DNA from: Rhodospirillaceae bacterium
Lineage (GTDB): Bacteria; Pseudomonadota; Alphaproteobacteria; Rhodospirillales; Rhodospirillaceae
Reading direction: 5' to 3'
Length of the DNA: 64,000 bases
Assembly: GCA_038148375.1 (NCBI GenBank)
Contig: JAYQVH010000005.1
Coordinates: 43,441-107,440, forward strand
Under the pieces are notes generated by a model. The model saw only the letters and a program-made list of their open reading frames with translations, was not told the DNA's origin and made no database searches. The translations under genes and the position numbers were made by a program. Below, piece after piece: positions 1 through 14,775 of the stretch. The first letter of the stretch is position 1. Each line of letters starts with the position of its first letter.

Positions 1-1196
1 CAGTGCGTCCATGGCATCGCGATCGTCGCGCAGTTCGCCATCGACGTTCGAGACGATATGCATGACGTGGCTATAGTATTCGATAACCATTTCCTCGGTC
101 ACGTCGACGGTCCCGGTTTTGACAACCCGCCCGACATCGTTGCGCCCGAGGTCGAGCAGCATGAGGTGTTCGGCGAGTTCTTTGGGATCGTGAAGCAGAT
201 CCTGCGCCAGCTGATCGTCTTCGGCCTTGGTGGCCCCGCGCGGCCGTGTTCCGGCGATGGGGCGGATACTGACTTTGCCACCGCGCACCCGCACCAGAAT
301 CTCAGGGCTGGACCCGACAATCGAGAATCCATCGAAGTTCAGAAAGAAGAGAAACGGCGAGGGGTTCAGCCGGCGCAGTGCTCGGTATAAGGAAAACGAG
401 GGATGTGCGAAGGGACGGCGCAAACGCTGTGACGGAACGACCTGAAATATGTCACCGGCGAGGATGTACTCCTTCGCTGCCTTGACCATCCGGTGATAAC
501 CCTCGCGGCCGACATTGGACACGGCCGCAACGGACTCCTCCGCCGCGCCGGCGCCGGATGCGGGCCGGTGGACGAGCGGACGATCAAGGGCCTTGATGAC
601 GTCTTCCAGCCTCGATGTCGCGGCGTCATAGGCAGCTTTTGCATCTAAATCCTGCTGCGGGCGCACAGGCGTGACAATGGTCATGGTGTCGGCGATGCAA
701 TCGAAGATCACCATCACCGTCGGACGCATGAACAGTCCCTCCGGAATTCCAATAGTGTCCGGATTGGCGTTGGGTATGTCTTCGATCAGCCGAATGGTGT
801 CGTAGCCCATATAGCCGATTAGACCCGCCGCCATTGGCGGCAGACCGGCGGGCAGGTCGATACGCGATTCATCGACCAGCGCCCGCAGGGCATCCAAGGT
901 CGGCTGCGCCATGGGTTCATACGTGGTGTGCGTGCCGGTTGCGTCGCGGCTGATTTCGGCCGCTTGGCCGTTACAGCGCCACACGATATCAGGCCGCAGG
1001 GAAATAAAGGAATACCGACCGCGCGTCGCGCCGCCCTCAACGGACTCAAGCAACGAGACAAACGGCTCCTGTGGGCCGAGCTTTAAAGCTGCGGAAACTG
1101 GCGTGTCGAGGTCGGCAACGAGCTCCGTCCAGGCGACCTGGGGCTTGCCCTCGTTATATGTTTTGGCAAACGCCGCAAAGTCCGGAAAAACGTCCA
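1..1196 (-). CDS. trpE: anthranilate synthase component I, N-terminal ~398 aa (3' end lies beyond window start)
   Basis: Absent from the ORF track because there is no stop in the window. My own minus-strand translation from the ATG (reverse complement of 1194-1196) gives MDVFPDFAAFAKTYNEGKPQVAW...DIFQVVPSQR...SPEILVRVRGGKVSIRPIAGTRPRG...HLMLLDLGRNDVGRV...IEYYSHVMHIVSNV. These are typical chorismate-binding TrpE motifs. Confidence 0.9.
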
Positions 1197-1219
1197 TGGC
1201 TGTGGCGCTGCCCGTCGGA

Positions 1220-3127
1220 TTATTGCGGCGTTAACGCGTCGACGGCTTCGCGGTTAACGAATACGTCATAAGGCGCGGTCACCGCATCGGAAAATGCCGC
1301 GACGAGATCATTTGCGAGAGTCGAACTCACGGACGTACTTATCTGCGCGCGTAAGTTTTCCAAGTCGGGGTCAGACGGTTCGATGACTTCGACCAGACGC
1401 GCGGCGATATGACCGTTGGCCACACGGGCCGACACGAGATCGCCAACTTCAGCTGCAAACAGCGTGTCCATAAAGGCCGGGCTGACCAAACGCGCGGGAA
1501 TAATGTAATCCAAACGCAGGCTGTCGCCGAAGCGCGTAACCGGTCCCAGGATCGCGTATTCAACGGCGTCGTCGGTGGCGGCTAGGTCCGGCAGATTCGT
1601 TGATGGCCCGATTTCAGCCATCATTTCTTCTGCCTTTGATTGAGACGCCGCCGCCCGCGCTTCGCTCTCCCACAACGCTTCGACTTCTGCGCGCACCACT
1701 TCGAACGGCTTCGGGGCCGGCGGAATGACGTCCGTCACACGCAAGACATAGGCGTACTCCATTGTCTCGACGAGCGGGGATTCAATTCCGGGATCGGCCG
1801 CGAACACCTGGATGAGAAAGCGTTCGCGATCGACGGGAAAGGTCTGAGGCGAGCCGTTGATGTCACGGCCATCGCGATTGAGGGAGTCGTACCGGACATA
1901 GGTGTATCCAGGGGTCTCGCCAATTTCGGCCATCGGAACACCACCGGCCAACTGGTCCTCAAGATAGACCGTCGCCTCGTACATTTCATCGAAGGCCCGA
2001 TCTTGAATTATGAAGTCGACTATTTCATCGCGCACGACGGGAAGGGCTTTGATAGTGCCGACCGTCAGATCCATGACCTCAAACAGATGCCAGCCGAAGT
2101 CTGTCTCGACCGGACCGGCGATGGATGTGTCGGTGACGGCGAAGATCGGGCTCAGGTCAAAGCCGATGGAATCTGTTTCATTAAGTGTGCCAAGATCAAT
2201 CGGAGCTCCGGCGCCGCTGCGTTCCCCGACCTCGACCAAAGTGTCTCCGTCTTCCCGACTGTCCAACGCGGCCTGCGCGTCCGCTTCGGTCGGGAATATG
2301 AGCTGACGCACCGTGCGGGTGGGCGGTGTGCGGTAGCGGTCGATGTTTTCGTCGTAAAACGATTGCAGCTCTTCCTGGGAAATACTCTCCGGCGGAACCA
2401 AGTCACGCGGCCGGATCACAATCATTTCAGCCGTCCTGAATTCAGGCGCCGTGAAAGACGAGATATTTTCATCGTAGACGGCACGTATGGCGTCTTCGTC
2501 TGCCTCGTCTTCGATCGAAATCAATTCGTCAGCGACGTAAAGGAGGTTGGCGACACGCTGTTCGGCTCTGTACTGAAACAAGGCATCAACCATCGGCGCT
2601 GGGGCATCGGCATTGGCGGCGACAGGCTGCAGTAGGGTCTGGCGCGTGACGTCCGCGCGAAGGAGATCAATGAACGCCTGTTCGGTCAGATTATTCGCCG
2701 CCAACACAGCGTTTAGCTGCATGCGGCTGAAATTGCCGAATTGGTCCTTGAATGCTGGCTGGTCCATCGCAACACGGCGAAGGGTGTCGTCCGCAACGTC
2801 GACATTGAGGTCCACGGAAGCAGCTTGCAGGGCAGCCATTTGCGAAAGCTCGGCAATCAGCGAGTCCATAATGCCAAGCTCAACGGCGTCTCGCGCGGTA
2901 AAATCGGGGCCGAGTGCATCGCGCAGATCTTCGTATTGACTGTTGAACCGGCGCTGCAATTCTTCCGACCGCACCTCGAACTGGTCCACTTTAATGGCGA
3001 CGTTGGGGTCAGCGGCAGGATTGACCGCATCGCCGATCCCGAATACGGCGAAACTGATCATCGCCAGGCCCAGGAATCCCTTCAGGAGCCAACTGCTGCC
3101 GATCGCGTCTTTCAATCCTTGAATCAT
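1220..3127 (-). CDS. ppiD: PpiD-like periplasmic chaperone / peptidyl-prolyl isomerase with N-terminal membrane anchor
   Basis: 635 aa ORF. N-terminus MIQGLKDAIGSSWLLKGFLGLAMISFAVFG is a signal anchor, followed by a long SurA-N-like region. Its position next to trpE and tpiA is usual in alphaproteobacteria. Confidence 0.75.
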   Translation of the reverse strand: MIQGLKDAIGSSWLLKGFLGLAMISFAVFGIGDAVNPAADPNVAIKVDQFEVRSEELQRRFNSQYEDLRDALGPDFTARDAVELGIMDSLIAELSQMAALQAASVDLNVDVADDTLRRVAMDQPAFKDQFGNFSRMQLNAVLAANNLTEQAFIDLLRADVTRQTLLQPVAANADAPAPMVDALFQYRAEQRVANLLYVADELISIEDEADEDAIRAVYDENISSFTAPEFRTAEMIVIRPRDLVPPESISQEELQSFYDENIDRYRTPPTRTVRQLIFPTEADAQAALDSREDGDTLVEVGERSGAGAPIDLGTLNETDSIGFDLSPIFAVTDTSIAGPVETDFGWHLFEVMDLTVGTIKALPVVRDEIVDFIIQDRAFDEMYEATVYLEDQLAGGVPMAEIGETPGYTYVRYDSLNRDGRDINGSPQTFPVDRERFLIQVFAADPGIESPLVETMEYAYVLRVTDVIPPAPKPFEVVRAEVEALWESEARAAASQSKAEEMMAEIGPSTNLPDLAATDDAVEYAILGPVTRFGDSLRLDYIIPARLVSPAFMDTLFAAEVGDLVSARVANGHIAARLVEVIEPSDPDLENLRAQISTSVSSTLANDLVAAFSDAVTAPYDVFVNREAVDALTPQ

Positions 3128-3353
3128 GTCGGTCCTTCGAGTGCTCTATGGTCTCGCACCGGGGCAAAAGAAATTCCTGACCACCGGCAAAATCGTTTGC
3201 AGGTATATAGCGTTCGGGGTTGTACGCGCCAAGACTCTGTGGGGCAAGAGCGCCTCAGGGATCGCGGCTAACCCGCCTGCCTTGGATTAAAACCGGAGGC
3301 TGTGCTAGAGCGAAACCGAGGGTAGCAACCGCAAGACAGAGACGGGATGGGCA

Positions 3354-4097
3354 ATGCGCAAACTCATAGCAGGCAATTGGAAAATGAACGGGTCGGTCGC
3401 CAGCGCCAAAGCGCTCGCCGCAGGCGTCGCCGCCCAGGTTACGGCCCATCCGGACGGTCCCGACGTCGCACTCTGCCCGCCGGCGCCGTTGATCGCACCC
3501 GTCCTCAAGGCCGTTGAGGGGAGCGGCATCTGGGTCGGAGGCCAAGATTGCCATGCCGCCGAGAGCGGAGCCCATACCGGCGATACAAGCGCGGTTCTGC
3601 TTAAGGACATCGGCTGCGCCTGTGTCATTGTCGGCCATTCCGAGCGGCGCGCCGACCACGGTGAAACCAGCGAACAGGTCCGGGTAAAGGCCGAGGCGGC
3701 CCAGGCCGCCGGTTTAACGGCAATCGTGTGTGTCGGCGAAACGCTTGAGGAGCGCGAAGCAGGACAGACGGAAGCGGTTGTGGGCGCGCAAATAGACGCG
3801 TCCCTGCCGGCCGGCGCCACCGCGCAGACCGTCGTCGTCGCTTACGAGCCGGTTTGGGCGATTGGCACCGGCAAGACCCCGACGCTTGAGGAAATCGAGG
3901 CGGTTCATGCCTTTATCCGAGACCGAGCGGCGCAGAGCCATGGTCTTCGGGAGGGGTTGCGTATTCAATACGGGGGGTCCGTCAAACCAGGGAACGCCTC
4001 TCAAATCCTGAGTATTTCTGGGGTCGACGGTGCGCTGGTGGGGGGCGCCAGCCTGACCGTGGATGACTTCTGGGGAATTATTTCAAGTTGCCCCTAG
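3354..4097 (+). CDS. tpiA: triose-phosphate isomerase
   Basis: 247 aa with MRKLIAGNWKMNGS, VIVGHSERR and YEPVWAIGTGKT motifs. Confidence 0.95.
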   Translation: MRKLIAGNWKMNGSVASAKALAAGVAAQVTAHPDGPDVALCPPAPLIAPVLKAVEGSGIWVGGQDCHAAESGAHTGDTSAVLLKDIGCACVIVGHSERRADHGETSEQVRVKAEAAQAAGLTAIVCVGETLEEREAGQTEAVVGAQIDASLPAGATAQTVVVAYEPVWAIGTGKTPTLEEIEAVHAFIRDRAAQSHGLREGLRIQYGGSVKPGNASQILSISGVDGALVGGASLTVDDFWGIISSCP

Positions 4098-4192
4098 CGA
4101 ACCTGCGAAAAGATGACTAAAACCTCAGCAACATCCGGCGCTGCACCTGCGTGTGGCCGGCCGGCATCACGTCGAATTCGAGCCCAAGACCA

Positions 4193-4561
4193 ATGATCAC
4201 CGTCATTCTCGTTATCCATTTGCTCATCGCCATCGCCATGATAGGCGTCATTTTGCTGCAAAAGAGCGAGGGCGGTGCCATGGGCGGCGGTCTGACAGGC
4301 GGGGCCTCGGCGACGGGCATGGCCCAGTCCCGCGTCAAGGCGACGCCGATCACCCGGGCGACGACGATCCTGGGTATTTGCTTTTTCGGGACCAGCCTGG
4401 CTCTGGCGATGCTCGCACGCCCGTCGGATACCCCGACATCGATCTTCGAGACCGCACCGGTGCAGGAAGATGGCGGCACGTTGCCGACGGTTCCGGTCGT
4501 TCCAGCCGTGCCCGATGGAGGGTCTGCGCCCGCCGTTCCCAGCGTTCCGACAGACGGCTGA
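4193..4561 (+). CDS. secG: preprotein translocase subunit SecG
   Basis: MITVILVIHLLIAIAMIGVILLQKSEGGAMGGG is the typical SecG N-terminus. Start moved from track position 4151 to the internal ATG at 4193. Conserved tpiA-secG-pyrG order. Confidence 0.85.
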   Translation: MITVILVIHLLIAIAMIGVILLQKSEGGAMGGGLTGGASATGMAQSRVKATPITRATTILGICFFGTSLALAMLARPSDTPTSIFETAPVQEDGGTLPTVPVVPAVPDGGSAPAVPSVPTDG

Positions 4562-4611
4562 TCCGGACTATTCGCGATGAGATACGCTTCCACCGCCCCG
4601 ACCCAAGATAA

Positions 4612-6303
<1,692 letters not shown>

Positions 6304-6351
6304 TGTTAGGACCCGCGGTGCGGGTACACGCGCTCTGCGAGAGTAAAATAT

Positions 6352-7209
6352 ATGGCTGATACAGCACAGGCTCAGCGTCACGTCACCGTCGGCCCGTACA
6401 CGGTAGGGAATGACTTACCGTTTGTGGTCATTGCCGGGCCGTGCCAGATCGAAAGCCGCGATCACGCGCTTGAAGTGTCCAGTGCGCTCAAGGAAATGGG
6501 CGAGGCCGCCGGCATCCCCATCATCTACAAAAGCTCTTACGATAAGGCCAATCGGACGAGCGTTAGTGCAACGCGTGGTTTGGGGCTTGATAAGTCCTTG
6601 TCTGTTCTCGCAGACGTAAAGGCCGCCACAGGATTGCCGACGCTGACGGATGTGCATGAAAAAGAACACTGTGCACCGGTTGCGGAAGTCGTCGACGTTC
6701 TGCAAATCCCGGCGTTTCTGTGCCGTCAGACGGATCTGTTGATCGCCGCCGGTGAAACCGGTGCGGTGATCAACGTCAAGAAGGGACAGTTTCTCGCGCC
6801 GTGGGACATGGCCAATGTCGCCGCCAAGGTCGCCTCGACGGGCAATGAGAACATCATCCTGACGGAGCGCGGCTCCTCGTTCGGATACAACGCCTTGGTG
6901 ACCGACATGCTGTCCCTGCCGCAAATGGCAAAGACGGGCTATCCCGTCGTCATCGATGCAACCCATGCCGTCCAACAACCCGGTGGAAAAGGCACAAGTT
7001 CGGGCGGCAACCGGAAGTTTGCTCCGGTGATCGCGCGGTCTGCCGTGGCCGCCGGTGTCGCGGCGGTGTTCATGGAAACGCACCCCGACCCGGAAAACAC
7101 CAAGTCTTCCGATGGACCGAACATGATTTTTCTGAAAGACATGCCGAAGATTTTGGCGACATTGAAAGCCTTCGACGATCTCGCCAAAGCCAACCCGGTT
7201 GAGATTTAA
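6352..7209 (+). CDS. kdsA: 3-deoxy-8-phosphooctulonate synthase
   Basis: 285 aa with VIAGPCQIES, KSSYDKANRTS and DATHAVQQPGG motifs. Confidence 0.93.
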   Translation: MADTAQAQRHVTVGPYTVGNDLPFVVIAGPCQIESRDHALEVSSALKEMGEAAGIPIIYKSSYDKANRTSVSATRGLGLDKSLSVLADVKAATGLPTLTDVHEKEHCAPVAEVVDVLQIPAFLCRQTDLLIAAGETGAVINVKKGQFLAPWDMANVAAKVASTGNENIILTERGSSFGYNALVTDMLSLPQMAKTGYPVVIDATHAVQQPGGKGTSSGGNRKFAPVIARSAVAAGVAAVFMETHPDPENTKSSDGPNMIFLKDMPKILATLKAFDDLAKANPVEI

Positions 7210-7223
7210 ACCAAAAACGTTAA

Positions 7224-8525
<1,302 letters not shown>

Positions 8526-8546
8526 CGCCGGCGGGGAGGAAAAGCG

Positions 8547-10235
8547 GTGGCGGATGACGACGCGCTCAGCGCCGCGGTCGCCGCCCATCGCACCGGCGAT
8601 CTTGAAACCGCGAAGTCCCTGTATCGCAAGGCGCTCGATCAAGATCCTGAGAACGCCGCTGCCCGGCACATGCTGGGTGTCGCGGAACGGGACAGCGGCA
8701 GCCTTAAGGCCGCCGAGCGCGCATTCACGGCCGTACTGCAGCACGACCCGAATAACGCCGAGGTGTGGTTCGATTACGGCCTGACCCTCAGACGCGCTGG
8801 TGTGCTCGATGCGGCCACCGATGCCTTCTCCAAGGCCACGGCGATCGATCCCGCTCAGGGGCCCGGATGGTATCAGTTGGGGCAGTGCTGCCGCACGGAA
8901 TGCCGGTTCGAGCCCGCCATGGCGGCGTTTGAGCGGGCCGTGGCGCTGATGCCGCAGGAGCCGGCCGTCTTATATGACGCGGCACAGACTCTTCTCAGTT
9001 TGGGCCGGTGCAGGGACGCCCTCGATCTGGTGCAGTCTCATGAGGACATCATTCTTAAATCGTCAGACCACGCGTTCTTGCGTGCAGAGGCATTGTGGTT
9101 CTGCGGGGATACCGATGCCGCCGCCGCGGCGTTTGAACAGGCGGTCCACACGCATCCGGGCAGTGTGTCCGTGCGCATCCGTTACGCGGATTTTCTTATT
9201 GCCCAGAGTGAGAACGAGGCGGCGCTGCAACTTCTTCACCCATTGAGGAGCGCGCACCCGGACCGCCTGGAGTATGCCAACCGGCTTGCCGGTTTGCTGT
9301 TCAGCGTGGGCCGCATCGAAGACGCCTGGCCGCTGCTGCGTCCCGCCAACGAGCGTGTCGGGTCGACCGGGCTTGCGTTGCGCCGCCGCGGGCAGCTGCG
9401 CTGGACCGGGCAGCCACTCGATGGCAAGCGATTGTTTCTCACCAAATACCAGGGACTGGGGGAGCAACTCATGTTCCTGTCTCTTATGCCGGACCTGCAC
9501 GCTCTCTGCGATATTGCCGCTGCGGAAGTCGATCCGCCGCTGCTGGCGCTGGCGCAGCGCACGTATCCGGGCATCAACATCGTTCCGTGGTCGAAACCGG
9601 CCCATGCGGATATCTCGCAGGGCGAGGCCGATTACTGGTCGACGGCGGGTGACTTTGCCGCAGCCGTCCGCCGCACCGCCGACGACTTCACCCATACGCC
9701 GCCGAAACTTCTTCCCGATGCGTCCCTCGTGGACCACTACGCGCGGGTGGTCCGGGAGCACGCGAACGGCAAGTTCGTCGCCGGTCTCAGCCATGCCAGT
9801 CCCGGTTCGCCGATCGGCGCCTTCAAAAGCGTGCCGCTGTCACAATTGGCCTGGCTCGGCGATATCGACGACCTGTGCCTCGTCTCTCTGCAATACGGCA
9901 CGGCCGGACATGATCTTGTCGGATGGGCCGCCGACACCGGAATCGATCTCGTGCCGCCGGTCGATGACGCCATGCTCAGAGACCCGGAGCATCAGGCCGC
10001 GCTGATCGCCGCGACGGACTTGGTGATGAGTGTCAGCACCACGACGATTCACATCGCCGGCGCCATGCAGCATCCCGCGTGGGTTTTGTTGCCCTTTGGG
10101 CGTTATACGTTCTGGTACTGGACCGAGAGTGCCGGCGCGCCGCTGTGGTGGCCGGCGGTCCAGCGCGTCCGTCCGCCCGACGGTACAGGTTGGGCGTTCT
10201 TGAAAGCGAAGCTTGAGCAGGAAATCGCCGGTTAG
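8547..10235 (+). CDS. TPR-repeat protein with a C-terminal glycosyltransferase-9-like domain
   Basis: GTG start. The N-terminal ~250 aa are TPR-like helical repeats (AKSLYRKALDQDPENAAARHMLG, VLQHDPNNAEVWFDYG). The C-terminal half (WTGQPLDGKRLFLTKYQGLGEQLMFLSLMPDL) resembles the heptosyltransferase-like GT9 fold fused to TPR in many proteobacteria. Confidence 0.6.
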   Translation: MADDDALSAAVAAHRTGDLETAKSLYRKALDQDPENAAARHMLGVAERDSGSLKAAERAFTAVLQHDPNNAEVWFDYGLTLRRAGVLDAATDAFSKATAIDPAQGPGWYQLGQCCRTECRFEPAMAAFERAVALMPQEPAVLYDAAQTLLSLGRCRDALDLVQSHEDIILKSSDHAFLRAEALWFCGDTDAAAAAFEQAVHTHPGSVSVRIRYADFLIAQSENEAALQLLHPLRSAHPDRLEYANRLAGLLFSVGRIEDAWPLLRPANERVGSTGLALRRRGQLRWTGQPLDGKRLFLTKYQGLGEQLMFLSLMPDLHALCDIAAAEVDPPLLALAQRTYPGINIVPWSKPAHADISQGEADYWSTAGDFAAAVRRTADDFTHTPPKLLPDASLVDHYARVVREHANGKFVAGLSHASPGSPIGAFKSVPLSQLAWLGDIDDLCLVSLQYGTAGHDLVGWAADTGIDLVPPVDDAMLRDPEHQAALIAATDLVMSVSTTTIHIAGAMQHPAWVLLPFGRYTFWYWTESAGAPLWWPAVQRVRPPDGTGWAFLKAKLEQEIAG

Positions 10236-11149
10236 TCGGTGACTGCAATATCCCGGACGACACGAAAGCCGAGCGAATAGGCAGCGACATGCGGCGAGGG
10301 CGCGCGGCTGCGGTTGGCGGCGCGCAGATGTCCCGGAAAGACGTTGCTGAAGCCGCCGCCGCGGTGGAGTACAATGCCGCACTTTCCGCCGGAGCCCCAG
10401 GCCGAACCGTCCGTCGGCGCGCCGGCGAAGGACTCCTGATAGCAATCCGCCTGCCACACCCACAAATTGCCGATGGTATCGTATAGGCCGTAGCCGTTGG
10501 GTAGATAGGACGCGACCGGCGCCGTGCCCAAGCCGACCCCGTCGTCGCAGTCGATGTAATTCCACTGCGGCACGTCGGCCTTGGCGCTTACGTCAGAGAC
10601 GTTGCCGTAGTCGCAGGCGTTGATCTCATCGCCAAAGGGGTAGGCGGTTTGGGTGCCGCCGCGGGTGGCGTATTCCCACTCCGCTTCCGACGGCAGGCGG
10701 TAGGTTTCGCCGGTGATATGCGACAGCCACTTGGTGTAGGCCGTGGCATCCCACCAGGACACGCAAGACACCGGATGATCGCCGGTGACCGGATGGCCGG
10801 GATCGACCCAGGATTTCGTTGGATCGAATGCCAATTTCTCGCCGGTCCACACCAGACACCCTTGGGTGTTCCAATGGCCTGTGGCTTCGATGAAGTCTTG
10901 GTACTGATCGCGGGTGACTTCCGTGCTGCCGATGGCGTAGGGCTGCGCGAAGGTGACGGTGCGCACCGGGCCTTCATCCGGACCGTGGTCGGGTTCGTCG
11001 TCCGGGGCGCCCATCTGGAACGTGCCCGCCGGAATCACCGTCATCTCCGGGCAGTCGCTGCAGTCTTTGAATGTGCTGCCGGGCGCGCCTGGCCCGGACG
11101 CACAGGCCGATAGAAGCGCGAACGCTCCGATGGCAAGGAGTGTGCGCAT
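10232..11149 (-). CDS. formylglycine-generating-enzyme (SUMF1/FGE-sulfatase) family lipoprotein
   Basis: Lipobox signal MRTLLAIGAFALLSAC. Also PEMTVIPAGTFQMG, YRLPSEAEWEYATRGG, LYDTIGNLWVWQADCY and GFRVVRD motifs. Confidence 0.8.
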   Translation of the reverse strand: MRTLLAIGAFALLSACASGPGAPGSTFKDCSDCPEMTVIPAGTFQMGAPDDEPDHGPDEGPVRTVTFAQPYAIGSTEVTRDQYQDFIEATGHWNTQGCLVWTGEKLAFDPTKSWVDPGHPVTGDHPVSCVSWWDATAYTKWLSHITGETYRLPSEAEWEYATRGGTQTAYPFGDEINACDYGNVSDVSAKADVPQWNYIDCDDGVGLGTAPVASYLPNGYGLYDTIGNLWVWQADCYQESFAGAPTDGSAWGSGGKCGIVLHRGGGFSNVFPGHLRAANRSRAPSPHVAAYSLGFRVVRDIAVTD

Positions 11150-11685
11150 CAGAGTCCGAGCTGCGCCTTCAACTGTGCCTCAAGGTGCGGCGCCGCGCCG
11201 ATCGCGCCATTATCGATATCGAGCAGCACCTTCCAGCCGTCCTCGGTCATTTCCAGGAGTGGGATGTAGCGGCCATTGACGAAATCGCCCACGGGCTGAT
11301 TGGTTTCCCGGTCGACGGTGACGGTAGCGTAACCGCACAGGATGTAGGCCCAGTCGCCGATATCGTCGCCATTAACCTCCATCTCCAGAACTTCGGACAC
11401 CAGTATGGGCTTTGTCGTCTTGCCATCCGCAAACGCCGAACTCCAGCTTTCTTCCAGCGTCTCGCGGCCGGTGATTTCCATGCCCGTGGTATGCGCGACG
11501 CGAAGGCGGTCGAGATAATCGCCGACCGCGCCATCGACGTCGCCGGAATTGAATTTGACGATGGCGTCGTCATGGAACGTCTGCACGGCGGCGTACTGCG
11601 CCTCCGTACCGCCACGGCGCTGCTGTTCGGCCAGTGCCGGGAGGCTGATCGCGCAGATCGTCAGAATACCGAGTATCGCTTTCAT
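11149..11685 (-). CDS. exported NTF2/SnoaL-like (DUF4440-like) protein
   Basis: Signal peptide MKAILGILTICAISLPALA. A small alpha+beta protein with an NTF2-like C-terminus (RYIPLLEMTEDGWKVLLD). Fold assignment is by eye only. Confidence 0.45.
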   Translation of the reverse strand: MKAILGILTICAISLPALAEQQRRGGTEAQYAAVQTFHDDAIVKFNSGDVDGAVGDYLDRLRVAHTTGMEITGRETLEESWSSAFADGKTTKPILVSEVLEMEVNGDDIGDWAYILCGYATVTVDRETNQPVGDFVNGRYIPLLEMTEDGWKVLLDIDNGAIGAAPHLEAQLKAQLGL

Positions 11686-11691
11686 CTGATT

Positions 11692-13542
<1,851 letters not shown>

Positions 13543-13611
13543 CTAGGCCGCAATGATGCGGAAATGTCGATCCGGGAAAGACAGACGGGGTGGCGGTTCA
13601 GCCGGAAGCCT

Positions 13612-13710
13612 ATGGACCATCCCTACGCCAGTTGACCTGGATCAGGTTCGAAGGGTCGTCACGCCGGAAAACCTCTTGTGACCTCTCAACCCCGATGCGC
13701 ACCTCGCGCC
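13612..13710 (-). promoter_or_regulatory. TPP (THI-box) riboswitch in the thiC leader
   Basis: The minus strand reads ...catcGGGGtTGAGAGgtcacaagaggttttccggcgtgacgACCCttcgAACCTGATCCAGGTcaACTGGCGTAGGGAtgg. This matches the conserved CUGAGA and ACCUGAUCUGG..CCAGCGUAGGGA cores. It lies about 85 nt upstream of the thiC ATG. Confidence 0.85.
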
Positions 13711-13871
13711 GGTGGGGCTCCCCTTTGGTGGCTTCGACCTTAAGACCTGCGCGCGCCCAGGGTCAACGGCGCCAGGACTTATCCACAGCCGGTAGGCGGT
13801 TGTTTCCTGTGCGCCTAGCCCAAGCGGCATATATTTGAGTAATATGCGCCAACAACAGGGGAGATTCTCGT

Positions 13872-14105
13872 ATGGCTTTGGAACCGAATGTTAATGCTGT
13901 CGACCGCGTGATTCGTGTGATCGTCGGCGCAGGACTCGCGGCTATTCCGTTTGTCGTGCCGACCAACGGCGAATGGGTGAGGGAACTGATGGAAGTGGTC
14001 GCCGGCCTGATCGGCCTGTCGCTCGTGGTTTCGGGGGCGCTGGCCTATTGCTGGATCTACAACATGCTCGGCATCAACACCTGCAAGTATTCCGGAAACG
14101 TCTGA
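13872..14105 (+). CDS. small inner-membrane protein, DUF2892/YgaP-like
   Basis: 77 aa. The NVNAVDRVIRVIVGAGLAAI motif plus two hydrophobic helices is typical of DUF2892. Confidence 0.55.
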   Translation: MALEPNVNAVDRVIRVIVGAGLAAIPFVVPTNGEWVRELMEVVAGLIGLSLVVSGALAYCWIYNMLGINTCKYSGNV

Positions 14106-14187
14106 TTTCCTGACGCAATTAAGGTCGCGCAGTTGTGACGGACTGCTCCCGCCCGTGATGTTAGACTGACCTCATGAAATTCAATCC

Positions 14188-14772
14188 GTGAGGTTCGCCA
14201 TGAACGCGCTCAAAGTCATCGTTGCCGTTGCTCTTCTGTTTGCCGCTCCCGTACAGGCGAGCGAATGGATCGACGTCGGCCCAGAAGTCGGCGCACCGAT
14301 CCCGGACGGCTTTGCCGCCAAGGACGCGACCGGGGAAACTCTGGGTCTGCCCAACATCGTTGGCGAAAAAAGTGTCGTGCTCGGCTTCGTGCGCTCGGCC
14401 AGTTGGTGTCCGTTCTGCCAGACACAGATGAAGGACCTGCAAAACATCGCCGCCGATCTTGCCGCGCGCGGTTATACGCTCGCGGTGTTGAGCTACGACG
14501 AACCGAAGATCCTCGATCAGTTCGCCAAAAAGCAGGGCATCACCTACACACTGCTGTCCGACGAGGACTCTGTCGTCATTGACGCGTTCAACATTCGCGA
14601 CCCGCAGTACGGGCCTGAGTCAATGGCGCATGGCGTGCCGCAGCCGGCGATCTTCATTATCGACCCGTCGGGTACGGTGCAGGGCAAGCTGGCGATGGAA
14701 GGCTACAAGGACCGTCCGCCGCTGGAGGACATCATGGCTGAAGTCGACCGCATCACCGGCGCGGCGTCTTAA
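14188..14772 (+). CDS. exported thioredoxin-fold redoxin / peroxiredoxin-like protein (AhpC/TSA family)
   Basis: Signal peptide MRFAMNALKVIVAVALLFAAPVQA. Active-site-like SWCPFCQTQM in a thioredoxin-fold context. Confidence 0.7.
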   Translation: MRFAMNALKVIVAVALLFAAPVQASEWIDVGPEVGAPIPDGFAAKDATGETLGLPNIVGEKSVVLGFVRSASWCPFCQTQMKDLQNIAADLAARGYTLAVLSYDEPKILDQFAKKQGITYTLLSDEDSVVIDAFNIRDPQYGPESMAHGVPQPAIFIIDPSGTVQGKLAMEGYKDRPPLEDIMAEVDRITGAAS

Positions 14773-14775
14773 GCG

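Noticed and set aside
13645-13652. A tRNA T-arm-like ggttcgaa motif.
   Set aside because: It is part of the TPP riboswitch core (reverse strand). There is no acceptor or anticodon stem context. No tRNA was found anywhere in the window.
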